64,000 nucleotides of DNA, from assembly GCA_038208115.1 (NCBI GenBank), contig JBBQZC010000004.1, positions 10,530 to 74,529 on the forward strand. Direction: 5' to 3'. Shown piece by piece: positions 12,700 through 21,798 of the stretch. Within the stretch, counting starts at the first letter, position 1; each line of letters begins with the position of its first letter. The notes below the pieces were generated by a model. That model was not told the DNA's origin. It did no database searches and saw only the letters and a list, made by a program, of their open reading frames with translations. Origin of the DNA: Candidatus Moraniibacteriota bacterium (lineage in GTDB: Bacteria; Patescibacteriota; Minisyncoccia; Moranbacterales; GCA-2747515). The translations under genes and the position numbers were made by a program.

Positions 12700-13865
12700 G
12701 AATTGAATTTTTCCTGTGTAAAAAATGCCGATATCTTTTTTTGCATCGGACCACGTGCATACAGTTCTGATTCTGCGAGGGCCCCACGCACCAATGTTGC
12801 TAATTGCACTTGGGCATTTGCACCATATAATACATCATACACCTTATCAGAGAGATCGTGCACATCTGTACAGACAAATCCATTGATATCGTTTTTTACC
12901 AATTCCGCAGATGCATTATCTGGATACGCGATTACAAAAACCGGCAACCCACATGCATTCGCCTCGACTACGGTAATCCCAAATCCTTCACGTTCTGATG
13001 GCTGGATCATAACTTTGGCTGATTTGATATGTGTAATCAATGCCACATAATCATCGACAAAATCGATGAGATCGATATTTTCATGCAATTTTTTAATCGT
13101 GATTAGATCGCTAATGCGTCCTCTATCTGGACCATCTCCGATGATAAGTGCTCGCAGAGGCGTGTCCAGTGACAGAGATTTTTCCACCACTTCCACGATA
13201 TGCTCGACATGCTTATGCGCGATGATCCGTCCATAATAGATGATATCGTATTTTTTTTCTTGCAGTGGCACACTGTTTATCGTTTCAGCATCGATATATG
13301 TCGGTGGCAGGATCGTGATCTTTTTTGCAGTTGATCCAAATGCGTGTACAATCTTTTTTTGCGTAAAATATGAAATCGCGAGGATGTGGTCAACAGCCAT
13401 ATAACTCAATTTCTCCAAAAAAACACCCAACCACCAGTAGTATGGATAGTATTTTTTCCAGTAATCTTTCCCCCAATATTCTGCCCAATTACCGATGATG
13501 ACTGGTTTTTTCTTTTTAAAAAATACTGCCACACGTGCAAAGATTAATGGAAAATACGGGAAAACATTGATAAACAAGATATCCTCATCACAGCGCAAAA
13601 CCCAAAAAAAAGTTGTGATACCAAACCACAGACTCACCATGCTGTTTCTTTTGTTGTTTTTTTTATAAATTGGTAATTTTGCACAAATACCCACATAAGT
13701 GATATCATCTTTAATCATGGTCGTCGCACCATCCCACTGCGTCATAGTAATGATTTTGACGACATTTTCTTGTGCGACGATTGTGGCATAATCATAGATC
13801 ATCTTCTCCTGCCCACCATAAAAATATGGATAAACACTCTCTGTGATGAAAGCGATCTTTTTCAT
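12696..13865 (-). CDS. GT4 glycosyltransferase
   Basis: MKKIAFITESVYP..GGQEK start, YGRIIAHK, PSEREGFGITVVEANACGLP; start moved to ATG 13865. Confidence 0.9.
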   Translation of the reverse strand: MKKIAFITESVYPYFYGGQEKMIYDYATIVAQENVVKIITMTQWDGATTMIKDDITYVGICAKLPIYKKNNKRNSMVSLWFGITTFFWVLRCDEDILFINVFPYFPLIFARVAVFFKKKKPVIIGNWAEYWGKDYWKKYYPYYWWLGVFLEKLSYMAVDHILAISYFTQKKIVHAFGSTAKKITILPPTYIDAETINSVPLQEKKYDIIYYGRIIAHKHVEHIVEVVEKSLSLDTPLRALIIGDGPDRGRISDLITIKKLHENIDLIDFVDDYVALITHIKSAKVMIQPSEREGFGITVVEANACGLPVFVIAYPDNASAELVKNDINGFVCTDVHDLSDKVYDVLYGANAQVQLATLVRGALAESELYARGPMQKKISAFFTQEKFNS

Positions 13866-13872
13866 AGATGTA

Positions 13873-14784
13873 TTATTTAATTCTATTGAGCAAAACGACC
13901 AACTCATCATGTCGACGCTTGATAGAACTCAAGATCAAACCAGAAATACCACTGATCAGTCCTGCGATGAAAAGAAAGCCAGAAACGATAAGTGACGGTA
14001 TCCGCGTCACGAGTCCTGTCGCAAAATACTCTGCAGTACCTACCCAACCCAATACCGCTCCACTCAAGAAACACGCTCCTGCCAGAAAAGTAAAAAATTG
14101 TAACGGCTTGTAATCCCGAAAAAGTGATACGAGCGTATAGAGAGCGATCGTGCCATCCCGCACAGCGTTGATCTTGGAGTGACTCCCCTTGGGTCGTGGA
14201 GCAAGTGCTATCGACACTTCTTTGACGACCATCCCTTTTTCGACAGCTTGAATCGTCAATTCTGGCTCAATCGAAAATCCCCCAGCCAATAGCGCAGTAG
14301 AATTCATAAATCGCTTGTTCATCACGCGCAAGCCCGATTGCATATCGTTAAACCGCGTACGAAAGAACATATTGAGCACTGCATTGAGAAATTTATTACC
14401 AAACCAATGACTTGTACTAAATGCCGTGCGATTGGTTGTGACCATTCGATTTCCCACCGCCATATCTGCGATGTCTTTTACAATCAGGTCAATCAGTATG
14501 TGCACATCGATTGCCCGATATGTATCATCCCCATCCACAAGCACGAAGATGTCCTCGCGAAATTCCTCGAGTGATCTTTGTACCGCATGTCCTTTACCTT
14601 GTTTTTTTTCAAAAACGACCTCTGCGCCTGCTTTACGTGCTTTGATTTGCGTTTTGTCAGTAGAATTATTATCCACCACGAGGATGCGTGCATGTGGCAA
14701 TTCTTTTTTGAAATCTCTGACGACTTTTTCGATTGTTTTTTCTTCGTTGTAACACGGGATCACGACAATGATTTTTTCATTCAT
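13873..14784 (-). CDS. GT2, polyprenol-phosphate glycosyltransferase (DPM synthase-like) with 2 C-terminal TMs
   Basis: VIPCYNEE, VDNNSTD, GKG, VDGDDTY, DMQSGLR, FSIEPE; C-terminal hydrophobic pair. Confidence 0.85.
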   Translation of the reverse strand: MNEKIIVVIPCYNEEKTIEKVVRDFKKELPHARILVVDNNSTDKTQIKARKAGAEVVFEKKQGKGHAVQRSLEEFREDIFVLVDGDDTYRAIDVHILIDLIVKDIADMAVGNRMVTTNRTAFSTSHWFGNKFLNAVLNMFFRTRFNDMQSGLRVMNKRFMNSTALLAGGFSIEPELTIQAVEKGMVVKEVSIALAPRPKGSHSKINAVRDGTIALYTLVSLFRDYKPLQFFTFLAGACFLSGAVLGWVGTAEYFATGLVTRIPSLIVSGFLFIAGLISGISGLILSSIKRRHDELVVLLNRIK

Positions 14785-14788
14785 ACTA

Positions 14789-16552
14789 TTATTTTAACTT
14801 AAATACAGTATAAGACATATAGTCCCCCTTAAATTTATCAGACCAGACTTCATAATAATCTTCGATCAATTCTGGGCTCATAGCAATCGTACGGCTCAAT
14901 TCTTCTGAATTTGAGAGGATTATGCGTGCACCGAAGTCGTTTTTGATCGAATTAATGACCTTTTCACTATTTTCTTTCCGAAAAGCATTTCTTGTTTCTG
15001 CATCTGTTCTCTTGACCATCAATTCATCGTACAATTCATCTCTACATGCCTTTGGTAACTCACAATAATATTTGGTTGCAAAAATATTATAATACTTCCA
15101 ATACAATGATTCATCATATGCTTTAAGCGCCAGAGGCTCGATCCCCATAGAGTATCGATTATGTGAATTTTCAAAAAACATCAAACTGAAATAACTCCAG
15201 TTATGCAGATACACCTTCTCCCCATCCTCTGAATGTTCATCGATCCATTGTGCTGCTAATCGTGCTGGCTGATAGTCAAATGTATTGGACTTTGTATAGA
15301 TCACCATCAATGACTGTGCACACAAAGCCAATACAATGAGCCACATGAAGATCACAAATCCTTTGCCCGCAAAAAATCGTTGTGGGATTAATTGTGTATC
15401 GAGTAACGCTGTAATCGTAAAGCCCATCAAAAGCACCAGAGACGGTGCAACAAAATCGAGAAGTCGCCCCGTGACCATATACGAGCCTCCGATCATACAG
15501 AGTAAAAAGATTGTCAAACAACACAACCAGTGCATCTGACGTGTACGTAATGATCCATTGATCACATGATCTTCTTTTTTATAGAGATAATACATATATC
15601 CCACTGCCATCGTACAAAAGATCACTGCAACGCCCGTAATTGCTTGAGTAAACGTATAGGACATCAGATTTGACGTGGCCATCTCATTACCTCCGAGAGA
15701 TCCATTTGCATTATCGACGCTATTTTGTCGTATCGCAAAAATCCATAGTAGCCATGCATACAATGATTTTGGAAATCCTGGGAAAAATATCATCCCACAT
15801 ACGATGCCACCGAGAGCGATCAGGAAATTTTTTATATCAATCTTCTTCTCAACGAGATATCGAGATACCTCTACTACACCCACAATGACAAGTGGCAAAA
15901 AATACGTCGATTGATGCCAGAGGACATGCACAAGAACTACAAAAAAGAGTGGTACATACTTCTTACGGATCGCAAAATACATCTCTAAGAAAACGAGTCC
16001 AATCATCAGGACAAGTGCTCGTCCGAGCAAAATCCTCGACAAAAAAAATATCGATCCTATGAGGAGTAGTGCAAAAAAAAGCGGATGACGCACCCTCTCT
16101 TTGCGCATGATGAAATATAACAGAGCAACCACGACACTCCCATAAAACGCATCCGCCACATGTAACCCAAAAAGCCAATCGGTAAAATACGTAAATGGGA
16201 TCAGTGACACTTGGAAAAGACTGACTGTATAACGACTACCCCCATCAGCACCATGCCCAGAAAGATAAATCCAATCAAAATGATTTACGGCATCCAATCC
16301 CTCAGTGCGCAATAAATATGCGTACTTGAAGTGAAAGTAATGATCGTCAAAGATCGGATCACCCTCCGCAAGAGCATAAATTGTCGTCAATGTGCCAAAA
16401 AACACGAGAAAGAATATCCCCGATGCAATGAGTGGATTATCCCATATTTTTTTGACAAAAAAAGCACATCGATCGCACAAACGATACAGGATATGCTGAG
16501 ATTGATCATCACGTGTAGTACTCTTTGTCTTTTTTTTACGCTTCTTTTTCAT
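14789..16552 (-). CDS. multi-TM protein, probable GT-C-fold (ArnT/PMT-like) glycosyltransferase
   Basis: acidic DDHYFH motif after TM1, many TMs, C-terminal soluble domain (AAQWI...VYLHNW); next to DPM-like GT2. Confidence 0.6.
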   Translation of the reverse strand: MKKKRKKKTKSTTRDDQSQHILYRLCDRCAFFVKKIWDNPLIASGIFFLVFFGTLTTIYALAEGDPIFDDHYFHFKYAYLLRTEGLDAVNHFDWIYLSGHGADGGSRYTVSLFQVSLIPFTYFTDWLFGLHVADAFYGSVVVALLYFIMRKERVRHPLFFALLLIGSIFFLSRILLGRALVLMIGLVFLEMYFAIRKKYVPLFFVVLVHVLWHQSTYFLPLVIVGVVEVSRYLVEKKIDIKNFLIALGGIVCGMIFFPGFPKSLYAWLLWIFAIRQNSVDNANGSLGGNEMATSNLMSYTFTQAITGVAVIFCTMAVGYMYYLYKKEDHVINGSLRTRQMHWLCCLTIFLLCMIGGSYMVTGRLLDFVAPSLVLLMGFTITALLDTQLIPQRFFAGKGFVIFMWLIVLALCAQSLMVIYTKSNTFDYQPARLAAQWIDEHSEDGEKVYLHNWSYFSLMFFENSHNRYSMGIEPLALKAYDESLYWKYYNIFATKYYCELPKACRDELYDELMVKRTDAETRNAFRKENSEKVINSIKNDFGARIILSNSEELSRTIAMSPELIEDYYEVWSDKFKGDYMSYTVFKLK

Positions 16553-16556
16553 ATAA

Positions 16557-18254
16557 TCATTTTAACTTAAATACGGTAAAAGACATATGTGGTCCACTGA
16601 ATTTTTCCGAATCAACGTGATACCAGGTGTCGATGAGCTCAGGGCTCGCCAAGATGACATCATCAAATTTTTGCGAATCAGATACGATAAATTTTGCATC
16701 AAAATCATTCCTGATGGAATTGATGACTTTTTTACTGTTGTTTTTTGAAAATTTTTCTTTATATGACGGATCTTTATTTTCCATCTGCACCATCGCCTTA
16801 TCCAATACATCACCGCAATCGCCTTCTCCTTCACAATACGCACTATGTGCAAGCATATTATAATATTTCCAATACAATGTCTTGTCATAACCTTTGAGTG
16901 CTGCTGGTTCAATACCTGTAGAATAGACATTTTTTGTATTACCAAAAAACATCAAACTAAAATTGCCCCAATTGTGCAGATAGACTTTTTCCCGTCCATC
17001 AGAATGATCACTGATCCACTGCGCTGCTGCTCGCGCAGGTGTATAATCGTACGTGTTAGATTTTGCATACATGTAGATCATCGTGTTAGCACACAAGACG
17101 AGTAACCACATCCAACAGATTGCAACAATCCATTTATGAAATTGCACATTGATCGTAAACATGCCAGACTCACGCAATATCGTCACGACAAAAGCAAAAA
17201 GTAATACAAGTGTCAGTAAAACAAAGTCAAAAAATCGTCCACTCACAGCAGTTGCGCCATATGTAACAACTAATAAAAAGATGAACAACGTATACAGCCA
17301 TTGAAATCGATGTGCATCTTTTACGTGCACAAGGACACCATCTTTTTTTCGTGCGATATAAATAAATATTACAGAAGTCACACACACAACAAAAACAAAG
17401 AAAACAAATTCCTGACCGACAAAATACGTCATAAAATCCTTTGTGGCTAACTCCGCACCACTCAGTGAGCCACTTGTTGCACTTGCGTCGCCACCTTGGA
17501 TGACGAAGATCCACTGCAGCCAACTAAAAAGTGACCCAGGAAAACCGGGGAAAAACATCATACCGACGACCGTTGCACCAGCAGTTGTCATGATCGTTTT
17601 ACCATCACATTTCTCATGTGCCACATATCGTGCGATCTCTGCGATTCCGACGATAATCAGTGGTAAAAAAAACGTGGTTTGATGCCACAAGACATGTAAT
17701 AATGCGACAAAAAACAATGGAACATACTTCCGATGGATTGCACAATACATCTCGAGAAATATCAACCCGGTCATCAATACAAAAGATCGTCCGAGGAGAA
17801 ATCGTGCAATAAAATACGATGATGTGAGGAGGAGTAACGTAAAAAATAACGGATTTTGTACACGCTCTTTGCGCAAAATATAATACACGATGGCGATCAC
17901 CAGACTCATATAAAAAGCAATTGCCACATGCATGCCAAAAAGTTGATCATCAAAATACGTAAATGGGATCAGTGATACATGATAAAGATTGACAGCATAG
18001 CGAATGCCATCTTCTCCACTAGACGTGAGATAAATCCAATCAAATTTTTGTACGACATTCCACCCCTGTGTACGCAATAGCTCTGCATATCTGAAGTGGA
18101 AATATTCATCATCAGGCACAGGATCACCATCAGAAATCCCAAAAATCGTGACAAAAAAAGAAAATATCACTACAAAAAAAATCGTTGACGCAATAAGCGG
18201 ACGACCCCAGTATGTGTGAAAATTTCGTATTATTGTGTTTTTTTCCATATCCAT
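16557..18254 (-). CDS. multi-TM protein, probable GT-C-fold glycosyltransferase; paralog of 14789-16552
   Basis: GDPVPDDEYFHFRYA, shared SLIPFTYF, HVLWHQ, FFPGFP, LYWKYYN, TVFKLK; immediately downstream of the pilin gene. Confidence 0.6.
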   Translation of the reverse strand: MDMEKNTIIRNFHTYWGRPLIASTIFFVVIFSFFVTIFGISDGDPVPDDEYFHFRYAELLRTQGWNVVQKFDWIYLTSSGEDGIRYAVNLYHVSLIPFTYFDDQLFGMHVAIAFYMSLVIAIVYYILRKERVQNPLFFTLLLLTSSYFIARFLLGRSFVLMTGLIFLEMYCAIHRKYVPLFFVALLHVLWHQTTFFLPLIIVGIAEIARYVAHEKCDGKTIMTTAGATVVGMMFFPGFPGSLFSWLQWIFVIQGGDASATSGSLSGAELATKDFMTYFVGQEFVFFVFVVCVTSVIFIYIARKKDGVLVHVKDAHRFQWLYTLFIFLLVVTYGATAVSGRFFDFVLLTLVLLFAFVVTILRESGMFTINVQFHKWIVAICWMWLLVLCANTMIYMYAKSNTYDYTPARAAAQWISDHSDGREKVYLHNWGNFSLMFFGNTKNVYSTGIEPAALKGYDKTLYWKYYNMLAHSAYCEGEGDCGDVLDKAMVQMENKDPSYKEKFSKNNSKKVINSIRNDFDAKFIVSDSQKFDDVILASPELIDTWYHVDSEKFSGPHMSFTVFKLK

Positions 18255-18335
18255 CGATCAAATCAGCATTATCTTTCTCAAAAAACTCTCTATACTTGCC
18301 GTTTATCATTAAACAGCAAGTATAAGAATTTTCTA

Positions 18336-18737
18336 CTAACAACCTGTGTCGTTAAAAGTACATCCTACTTGCGTGCATATTGCTCTAGCGCATTCAGCTG
18401 CACCGAAACTTGCTGTATACTTAAAGTCACCACTTCCATCAGCTAAAGTCACGTCAGTTGCTCCTGTCCAGTTTCCAGATGGATCCAAAAGTGGCCATTG
18501 TGCCTCACTACCTGCACACATTGAGCTTCTCACCGTTGCTGATGAAGGGGTCACAAGGTTCAGATTATCATCCATACACAGAATTGCTCCTGGAACTGTT
18601 GATGAAATTGATGACTTCACAGATGCATCCTTAGCTTTTTGTCGTGCACTGTTCAACGATACCAAAACAATAGATGCTAAGATACCGATGATCGCGATCA
18701 CGATCAAAAGTTCAATTAATGTAAAACCTTTTTTCAT
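18336..18737 (-). CDS. pilA: type IV pilin (probable major pilin)
   Basis: [32 protein letters not shown]; strong SD GGAGGTG upstream; follows pilC. Confidence 0.85.
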   Translation of the reverse strand: MKKGFTLIELLIVIAIIGILASIVLVSLNSARQKAKDASVKSSISSTVPGAILCMDDNLNLVTPSSATVRSSMCAGSEAQWPLLDPSGNWTGATDVTLADGSGDFKYTASFGAAECARAICTQVGCTFNDTGC

Positions 18738-18913
18738 TTACATTTCACCTCCATTCCATTTTTGTTTTTATCTTTACTCATACAGTATATATCATAACTA
18801 CAAAAAATGTAATATTATTGTCCACAGTTTATCCACTCTTGCCAAAACTGAAATCGTCTCACCTGAATTCTTCATTCTCCAATTTTTAACTTTTCACTTT
18901 CAACTTTCACTTT

Positions 18914-20122
18914 TTATAATTGTCCTGCGATATTATAAATCGGTAGCAAAACGGAAAACACCAACACACCGACACCCAGACCGAGAATTACGATCAAGAT
19001 TGGCTCAATGATTGATGACAAGTTTCGTGTGATTTGATCCACTTCTGACGTATAAAATCGTGCGATGTCTTCCAGGATATCACTCATACGCCCTGTTTCT
19101 TCTCCGATCTTAATCATGCTGGATACCATCGGAGGTATTTCTTCATGTTTGAAAAATTCTTTATTGATCTCACCACCCACTTTTACATCTTGCGCAGATT
19201 TCAAAATAATATTTTTATAGACGATATTATCCACGACATCAGCTACGACGATGAGCGCACGCACAATCGGGATACCACCCTTGAGAAGTACAGAGAGGTT
19301 TTCTGCAAAACGCGTAATGTAGACATAGCGAAATAATTGTCCGACAACGGGAATACGCAACTTGATACGATCCCATTCTCTACTCCCTTCTTCAGATCGC
19401 GCATAGTAGATCATCGATGCAATCACACCAACGATAACGACCAACACAGCCCACCAATACACCTGCATGAAATCCCCTATTTTGATCATCAAATTTGTAT
19501 ACCATGGGATCTCCACATTGAGATCTTTGATCACTTGTGTCAATTTCGGTAATATCCATGTCATCGTCAAAAATCCGATCACAGATGCTACACTGATCAC
19601 AAAAATCGGATACATCAGTGCTCCACGCACTTTACTTTTCAATTGATAATTTTGTTCTGCGCTTTCCGCGACAAAATCGATTGCTCCTTGCAAATTACCA
19701 GAAACTTCTCCAGCTCTGATCATGCTCACGGCAAGTGTCGTAAATATATTTTCATGTTTTGCAAAGCTCTCCGAGATCGACATACCATCCTCCACATCTG
19801 CAGCTACCTCAGTAACCACGATCCGCAACTGTGCATTTTCTGTCTGTGCATGGATCGTACGTAATGATGGTGCGATCGGAATCTTTGCACCCACAAGTGT
19901 CGATAACTGTCGATAAAAAAGCAAGAGATCTTTTTGCGTCACTGATGCTGTCAATCTTTCGATTGCAGACACTATCGATGTGCCCTGCTTGAATTCTTTT
20001 AATTCAATTGGGATGAGATCATTTTTTTGCAACAGCTTGGTCGCTGTTTCTTTGTCAATTGCCTCGATCTTTCCGCGCTTCACTTCGCCAGTTTGTGTCT
20101 GCGCCTTAAATTTAAATTGCAT
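18914..20122 (-). CDS. pilC: type IV pilus platform protein (T2SS F family)
   Basis: RQLSTLVGAKIPI, RAGEVSGNL, ALMYP, GEETGRM, IIEPILI. Confidence 0.95.
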   Translation of the reverse strand: MQFKFKAQTQTGEVKRGKIEAIDKETATKLLQKNDLIPIELKEFKQGTSIVSAIERLTASVTQKDLLLFYRQLSTLVGAKIPIAPSLRTIHAQTENAQLRIVVTEVAADVEDGMSISESFAKHENIFTTLAVSMIRAGEVSGNLQGAIDFVAESAEQNYQLKSKVRGALMYPIFVISVASVIGFLTMTWILPKLTQVIKDLNVEIPWYTNLMIKIGDFMQVYWWAVLVVIVGVIASMIYYARSEEGSREWDRIKLRIPVVGQLFRYVYITRFAENLSVLLKGGIPIVRALIVVADVVDNIVYKNIILKSAQDVKVGGEINKEFFKHEEIPPMVSSMIKIGEETGRMSDILEDIARFYTSEVDQITRNLSSIIEPILIVILGLGVGVLVFSVLLPIYNIAGQL

Positions 20123-20259
20123 AAAAAATAGTTTATAAAGTTAAAAGTTTATAAAGTTTGAAATGTGTAAAATTCATATTTTTTCGTATTATAAGTATTA
20201 TAATTTTTTGTAATGATCTATGAAATGTGCACCTTTAACATTATGAACTGCTTTCCTCT

Positions 20260-21360
20260 CTATTCATCAATATGGATTTGTTCACCACGACCGACTAACA
20301 TACGGACATAATCACGATTTTTTGCATATGTCATAGCTTGCTCCAATGTGATATGACCCGCCTGCAATAATTCCGCGAGAGATTTGTCCAGTGAAATCAT
20401 ACCGTCTTTTGAACTGGTTTCAATGACTGTGTCAATCTGATATGTTTTATCTTCACGTATCAAGTTTTCGATTGCGTGATTTTTGATCATGATCTCCACC
20501 GCCGGAATACGACCGCCATTTGTATGCGGGATCAAACGTTGTGACATGACACCTAAAAGTACATTTGATAACTGTGAACGGATCTGATTTTGCTGATGTG
20601 ATGGAAATGTATCGACGATACGATCGATCGTTTGTGCTGAATCATTTGTATGCAATGTTGCAAAAATCAGATGGCCCGTCTCAGCTGCAGTGATCGCCGT
20701 ACCGATTGTCTCGAGATCGCGCATCTCACCGATGAGAATCACATTCGTATCTTCACGAAGTGCCGCACGCAAAGCGCCTGAAAATGTCTGTGAATCCTGT
20801 CCGATTTCACGCTGATTGATAATACAGAGATCTTGCTCATACATATATTCGATCGGATCCTCAATCGTGATAATATGGTTTTTCTTATTATGATTGATAT
20901 AATCCACCAACGCAGCGAGCGTCGTCGACTTTCCATGACCGACTGGTCCTGTGACGAGGAAGAGTCCCTGAGAGAAATTTGCAAACTCATATACGAGTTG
21001 TGGCACACCCAATTCATCGAGTTGTCGGATTTTGCTGTTGATCACACGCATAACGATTCCCACATACCCTCTTTGATAAAAGACATTTGTACGAAAACGG
21101 ACTTTATCTTCTAGGCTATATGAAAAATCGATCTCTCCGTTCTGTAGAAATTTTTCTTTATGATGTGCATTCATGAAATAATCTGCAAATGCCTTTGTGT
21201 CCTCTGGAAGCAAAGCTGCCTCCTGTTCCAATGGGATCAATTTCCCGTCAATACGCAAGGTCGGATGTCGACCGACGGCAAAATGCAAATCTGATGCATT
21301 TTGTTGTGCACCGAGTCGCAATAAATTTTTCAACCGCTGTTCTACATGTAATGAGCTCAT
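20260..21360 (-). CDS. pilT: twitching/retraction ATPase
   Basis: ASDLH, GPVGHGKSTT, TIEDPIE, LREDTNVILIGEMRD, TLHTN, AIENLIRE. Confidence 0.95.
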   Translation of the reverse strand: MSSLHVEQRLKNLLRLGAQQNASDLHFAVGRHPTLRIDGKLIPLEQEAALLPEDTKAFADYFMNAHHKEKFLQNGEIDFSYSLEDKVRFRTNVFYQRGYVGIVMRVINSKIRQLDELGVPQLVYEFANFSQGLFLVTGPVGHGKSTTLAALVDYINHNKKNHIITIEDPIEYMYEQDLCIINQREIGQDSQTFSGALRAALREDTNVILIGEMRDLETIGTAITAAETGHLIFATLHTNDSAQTIDRIVDTFPSHQQNQIRSQLSNVLLGVMSQRLIPHTNGGRIPAVEIMIKNHAIENLIREDKTYQIDTVIETSSKDGMISLDKSLAELLQAGHITLEQAMTYAKNRDYVRMLVGRGEQIHIDE

Positions 21361-21384
21361 AATTTTTTGTATTTATCAATTTTT

Positions 21385-21780
21385 CTATAGCATGTATTTT
21401 TGCACTTTTGCCAAAACTTCTGATGGTGTAAAATGTGATTTGATCAAAAAATCCTTTGCACCCAGTGCCATGCCACGATCCACATCTTCCTTTTGTGATA
21501 AATTCGTCAAAAGCACAACTGGAATTCCTTTCCACTCTTCACGATGACTGATGGCTTCCAAAACATCGAATCCATCCATGTATGGCATCACAATATCCAA
21601 GAGCATAATGTGTGGTCGCACACCTGCTTCCAATTTTTCGATCGCATCTCTACCATTATTTGCCAAAACGACATTGTATCCAGCATCTTTCAATTTCACT
21701 TCATAAATATCCCCGATAAATGCATCATCTTCAGCGATCATGATCGTCTTTTTTTCTTGCTGTAATTCTTCTTGTGTCAT
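21385..21780 (-). CDS. single-domain response regulator (CheY-like)
   Basis: IAEDD, LLDIVMPYMDG, LLTN, GAKDFLIK. Confidence 0.92.
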   Translation of the reverse strand: MTQEELQQEKKTIMIAEDDAFIGDIYEVKLKDAGYNVVLANNGRDAIEKLEAGVRPHIMLLDIVMPYMDGFDVLEAISHREEWKGIPVVLLTNLSQKEDVDRGMALGAKDFLIKSHFTPSEVLAKVQKYML

Positions 21781-21798
21781 ATGCGTATTCTATAATTA

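Noticed and set aside
18866-18912. Pyrimidine-rich heptamer-like tract after pilC, and gtttataaagtt repeats at about 20131-20160
   Set aside because: Short degenerate low-complexity repeats with no spacers or associated gene.
18346-19011. 221-aa plus-strand ORF and the many other short antisense or overlapping ORFs
   Set aside because: They are shadows of well-supported minus-strand genes and show no motifs.
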